From Vitrella brassicaformis CCMP3155 (Eukaryota; Protista; Chromerida): 64,000 nucleotides of DNA. The notes beneath the pieces were generated by a model. The model did no database searches. It was not told the DNA's origin and saw nothing but the letters and a program-made list of their open reading frames with translations. The translations under genes were made by a program, and so were the position numbers. Shown here one piece after another: positions 59,637-64,000 of this stretch; the first letter of the stretch is position 1, and each line of letters opens with the position of its first letter. Where the stretch lies: assembly GCA_001179505.1 (NCBI GenBank), contig CDMY01000821.1, positions 62,001 through 126,000 of the forward strand, read 5' to 3'.

Positions 59637-62600
59637 TCAAGATGAACAAGGGCGGACCACATGTTCGACCTCTCTCGTGCACGTTTGTATACCTAGCTTA
59701 CCTCTCGCACTTCCTGCGTCACCCTTTCGGAAAGCAGCCCTTGTTTCAGCTCCCTGTCTAGATTTTGCGCTCGATTCTGCACAGAGAAAAGAAAAAATAA
59801 TGTCAGTCAGAGCTTTCCTTACTCCATTACTTCGCTCCCTTACTCTAAGCCGGTGCACACGCTCCATCAGGCCTCTCATGCGCTGTGATGCCTGCCGAAT
59901 GGCCGGCTGGAAATCGGGGCTCCCCCTGTGGCTTGCACTCTAGCAGCACACACATATTGGGAGTATATGTAATACAGAATCGGTTGTATCAGCCCACCAT
60001 ACCTGCGCTTTGCCAGGAGGACTGGCAGTGGAGACGGGTGGCTGCAGCACGTAGACGTGATCGGCGGAGGTAAGCCGTGTTCTTGGGGGTGGGTTGGTGA
60101 GCACATAGGGCAGCGGGTTGTCATGGACGCCACCGCCCACCAAGAGGCCTAGCGGTATTATTCGCCTCATCCCGATGAACTCATCCACCATGTCTCCATA
60201 GGTCGACAGCTCGAACTCGGGTGGCACGCGGATCAGCTGCAGCGTCGACGTCTCGATCGACTCGTGAGGCACGTATTTAAGGCCCTCGGTCCTCTTGCGG
60301 CGGAGCCTCGGGCTGAGTCCTGTGACGGTGGACTGCAGCCCTGAGGCACTCGTGTGCTGCATGCTGAGGACTTTCGAGCTGCCACTTTGCCGCATGCCCT
60401 TGATGAAGCGAGCGAAGATCATCATGGAGCTGCGCCGGCGGCGGCTTCTTGAGGATATACTGCCTTCACGCTGAGGAGTGCAGGGGGTGAAGGGGTTGAT
60501 GGACTTAACGGAGCCGGTGATAGCGGAGGTCAGCGATGCTGGGCGCTTGCGGCGGGTTGGCTTACTAATAGGCAGCTTTTGGTACACAGGGGGCTGCACA
60601 TTCACCCACGAGGAAGGGAGGCTGGGAGGGGCCTGGACCTACTCGATAGGCAGGCAGGAAGGAAAGCAGACGACTTCTTTTGTGTCGGTGAGTGTCTGTG
60701 TTCCCATGTCATTATACCTGGAGGAGGGTTTCAATCAGATGGAGGAACGCTCGGGACTCGAGGGCCTTGACTGTGAGCCCGTCAAGCAGAGCAGAGGGTA
60801 ATACCTCACCAGAGGCGAAGATAGGGGAATACAGGGAGCTCTCCGGCTGCTTGCAACACATACAGAAAGACACGTCCTCGGGGTTGATTGATCCCATCTC
60901 TTAGTGAGTCATCCTCACTGAAAGTCTCTCGGCTGGCCCGCTCCGCATGTCTGCAAGACCGTCAGAATTCTGCGCTTGGGAAGGCTTGATGAGTCCCTCG
61001 GCGCAGAGGGCGGAGATGTTCGTAGTGAACTCCAAATCGCATACGACAGACTTGTGAGGCCAAGTGCGCTTGATCGCCTTATACTGGTGCAACACACAGG
61101 CAAAGGAGAGAACCTCCTGTGCTCTCTGCCTTAGTCTGATTCCGTATAGCTTGTGTATTCGCCTGTCCTACGGTAAATATAGTCGAGACATCGACTATAT
61201 CATCTTGGTGGAGCACATTCGCCTGGAGTCGCATCCTCTCACGCTGATGAAGGATGATGACCATTCTGGCCTTGCCAATGTTGGCTCGCCAGAGATCTAT
61301 GGTCTCCATTGACGATCCCAGCACGATATAGATGCTGCACGCGAAGACAATAGGCCAACACACACGAAAAGGACACGTGGTACTTCAAGGCTTGTCCTTT
61401 TCTCCCTCCCTTAAGGCTTACTCCCGGAGATATGCCATGGATCGCCAGAGGCTGACGCCTGGGTGAGTGGCAGTGAGGAGCACAATGGGAAGTACCCTGT
61501 TACCGAATATGCTCTTGCACCGCAGATGATGCACTAGAGGGATTAGCGATGGCCTGCACGAATCCATACGTCTCTTACTGTGTATGAACGGTTTCCGACT
61601 GACCTCGCTCCGCAGATGACAATGTGTCCGGACAGGTGCTGTGCGTTATCGATGATGCACTCCGAGCTGCGCGGCCACCATATGAATATTCGCGGCGACC
61701 CTTCCGGGTCGGCAGACGATATGTGGTAGTTTGTCCTGAGAGGCAGTGCGTGATCGGGATAAAGACAGGAGTGACGGCTGTTCGCACCGACCGGAGGTTT
61801 CGGTCAAAGAGATCGAGAGTCATTGTTTCAGCCGCGTCAGTGACTGACGGTCTGAAGACGCGCACAGACGGGAACGCAAGAGTGAGCGTCGACCCATGCA
61901 CCACTTAGCACTTACAGCCTGTCTCTCCGCTGCCACCTCGTCGGCCTGAGACAGAAACATCCAAACAATATCAGTGCCGATTCTGACATACACGCGCGAA
62001 TGACTTCATCACTCAGCCGCTCACCTAACGCTGGGCTCTCCGCATCTTCTTGTCTCAATGGGCAGGGTAAGCGTTCCCTGCGTGCTGTTGGCGCCTGCCT
62101 CTTCAAAAGCAAGCGGCAAGCCACTTGTCTTATTCGTGCTGTCGGCTTCTGCCGGCGGCGGCATCGGCGATGGTTCCCTCTCTGTGCAGTTTCCGCCCTC
62201 GTCCGCCGGCGTTTCATGGAATGATTCCTCTCGGCTGGGTGACTGTTCCATCTCGGGAACGGCTCGCGGCACAGGCTGGCCGAACTCGTCGATCAGACTG
62301 ACACGTTTCCTGCCCCCGCCCATCTCGGTCACCTCCGGGACGTCTGGCGACGATGGAGCATAGGTGTAAGCCGTCGGTCTCGGCGCCACTTTTCTCCTGA
62401 AGAGCTGAGGGCCGCCCTCCGCGAGATCACGGATCCTCTCAGGCTGTGAAGTCAGCCAGAAGCCGCGAATGACTGAACGTTTCTCGTCCTCTGTGCTGTC
62501 CCTGCGTCGCGAGCCGTGGGACGGTGGCTTCAGGTTGTTTGTGTCGCTTGGAGGCGTCGACGCGGGATCATAGATGGTGAAGCAGATGGGGTTGAGAAGA

Positions 62601-64000
62601 ATCGCAGCCCGTGTCGCTGCGATACCATCGCTCTGTGGGTATTCGAGCGCGAAGAGGATCGAGTGTGTCTCTTCATAGAACATCGAGACGACATCGTGGA
62701 AATCAAAGCCCTCCCACGGCGCTGTCAGCGGGGCCACCACCAGCTGCATCGTCCGGCCGAGGTAATACGCATACGTCCAGTCGCTTGGCATCTCCAGAGC
62801 GATTTCTTCCTCCGAAAGAGCCCCAGTGGTCCCCACGGCCGAGCCACGCACAAGCAGATTATGGATAAAGGCGCAGAGTCCCCTGCATAAGACTGACTTT
62901 GCCAGAAGAGCTGCTTTGTAGGCCTCGATTACAATCACGATGTCTCCTTCCCTGCATCAGCACGGAACGAGACATGATCAATTCAGAGGTCGTGAATATG
63001 TTTCGGGTGTCTCGATCTCACCCTTTCAGGACGCCGAATAGGTGCCGCCTCCTGCTCTCCCAGTGGTAGAGCTGTAAGCATATGCGCACTGAGTCGATCC
63101 GATGGCGCAAGAAATAAGTCTTGAGCGCCAAAGCCTTGACAATGTTGCGATCATCCTCCTTCTGCAGGTCGGCCGTGGTGCTGCACGCGAAGCAAGGGAC
63201 AAGTATGACATGGATGTATGGATTACTCACTGACCGATTGGCACACAAGACGACAGCTCGACAATGAGGGCTGTACACTTGTGCTCTGAGACAAGACCAC
63301 ACACTCGATCCATTCGTTCGGCGGAGGGCGGCCATGCACCATGACTAGCCGTCCAGACTGACCTATTCAGATCGGCGTCGTCCATAATGTTCCCCTCAAG
63401 GTAGGTCAGCATGCTCTGATAGGTCGCGGACCTGTACACGCAGGCACACGAGACACATATACTGAGAATGTAAAAAGGAAGCGCTACCTCATAATGCGTT
63501 CAATCGGGTAAGGTGGGTGAGAGTTTTGTATTAAGACAACATGAGCCTGCAGAATCAATTACACCGTTCAATTATCATGCCATGCACTTTCCACGTCTTC
63601 TCTGTTTCTCTTCTCTGTCAGGATGAATGCTGCAATCGGACCTGCACGGGCTGCAGTTGCGATCGAAGCAGCTGGGAAAGGAACGTCAGTAAGTTGTGAG
63701 CCCCAACATTAGATCCCGCCAGCACGAAATGAAACTGGTCCCCCTGCGGGTGGAATTGACGACTCGCATGTCCTCCTCCATGCATCTTCAGAATGCGAAT
63801 CATCTCATTGGTCTGCTCTCACGCCATTGAAGCGCAATGACGCCATACAGTGGAGACACGGATGGGTACTTTCTTTTGCAGCTCACTTGCACTGGAATGA
63901 GAAGCAATGACACAACGATGAATGCACAAATGGCAATTCGGCCTATATCCGTCACAGGCGCAATGTCACTCCCATAGCCAACTGTCGTCTGCACACCACA
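59637..64000 (-). CDS. BK/Slo-like (KCa) potassium channel with tandem RCK domains; 5'-partial, 3' end approximate
   Basis: Pore exon TTVGYGSDIAPVTDIGRIAICAFIVVSLLLIP, then LTYLEGNIMDDADLNR, EDDRNIVKALALK, IVIEAYKAALLAKSVLCRGLCAFIHNLL, IVLGSSMETIDLWRANIGKARMVII, SPIFASGEVLPSALLDGL and STYGDMVDEF..IIPLGL..YVLTNPPPRTRLTSADHVYVL. Confidence 0.9.

Noticed and set aside
1-64000. tRNA, rRNA, transposase, reverse transcriptase or viral hallmark genes
   Set aside because: None were recognised by eye. Small ncRNAs such as intronic snoRNAs cannot be excluded without covariance-model searches.

Overview
Eukaryotic, GC-rich, very intron-dense genomic DNA, most likely from the chromerid alga Vitrella brassicaformis or a close relative. 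This is inferred from the apicomplexan-like RPS23 sequence, a squalene epoxidase and microsatellite-filled introns; it is not database-confirmed. The six-frame ORFs are mostly exon fragments read into introns, so genes were rebuilt by hand from GT/GC-AG junctions. In order, the window holds: a beta-lactamase-family serine hydrolase (5'-partial), two hypothetical genes, squalene epoxidase, a roughly 12-25 kb disordered block, an orphan type II membrane protein, V-ATPase subunit a, an RlmN-type radical SAM methyltransferase, RPS23, CPSF100, an EF-hand/WD40 protein, two coiled-coil proteins and a BK/Slo-like K+ channel (5'-partial). The disordered block contains a 5x159-bp exon-plus-intron array, a broken protein kinase, a tandem 1.13-kb unit spanning an N-gap, a USP fragment and a sulfotransferase fragment. 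The most interesting signals are: introns built from complementary AC-rich 5' and GT-rich 3' arms, with an abrupt loss of that style near 52 kb; the exon-plus-intron tandem array; a 25-bp motif repeated five times in the decaying block; a GYGSD channel filter; and a possibly tail-anchored RlmN. Gene ends are approximate where stated.
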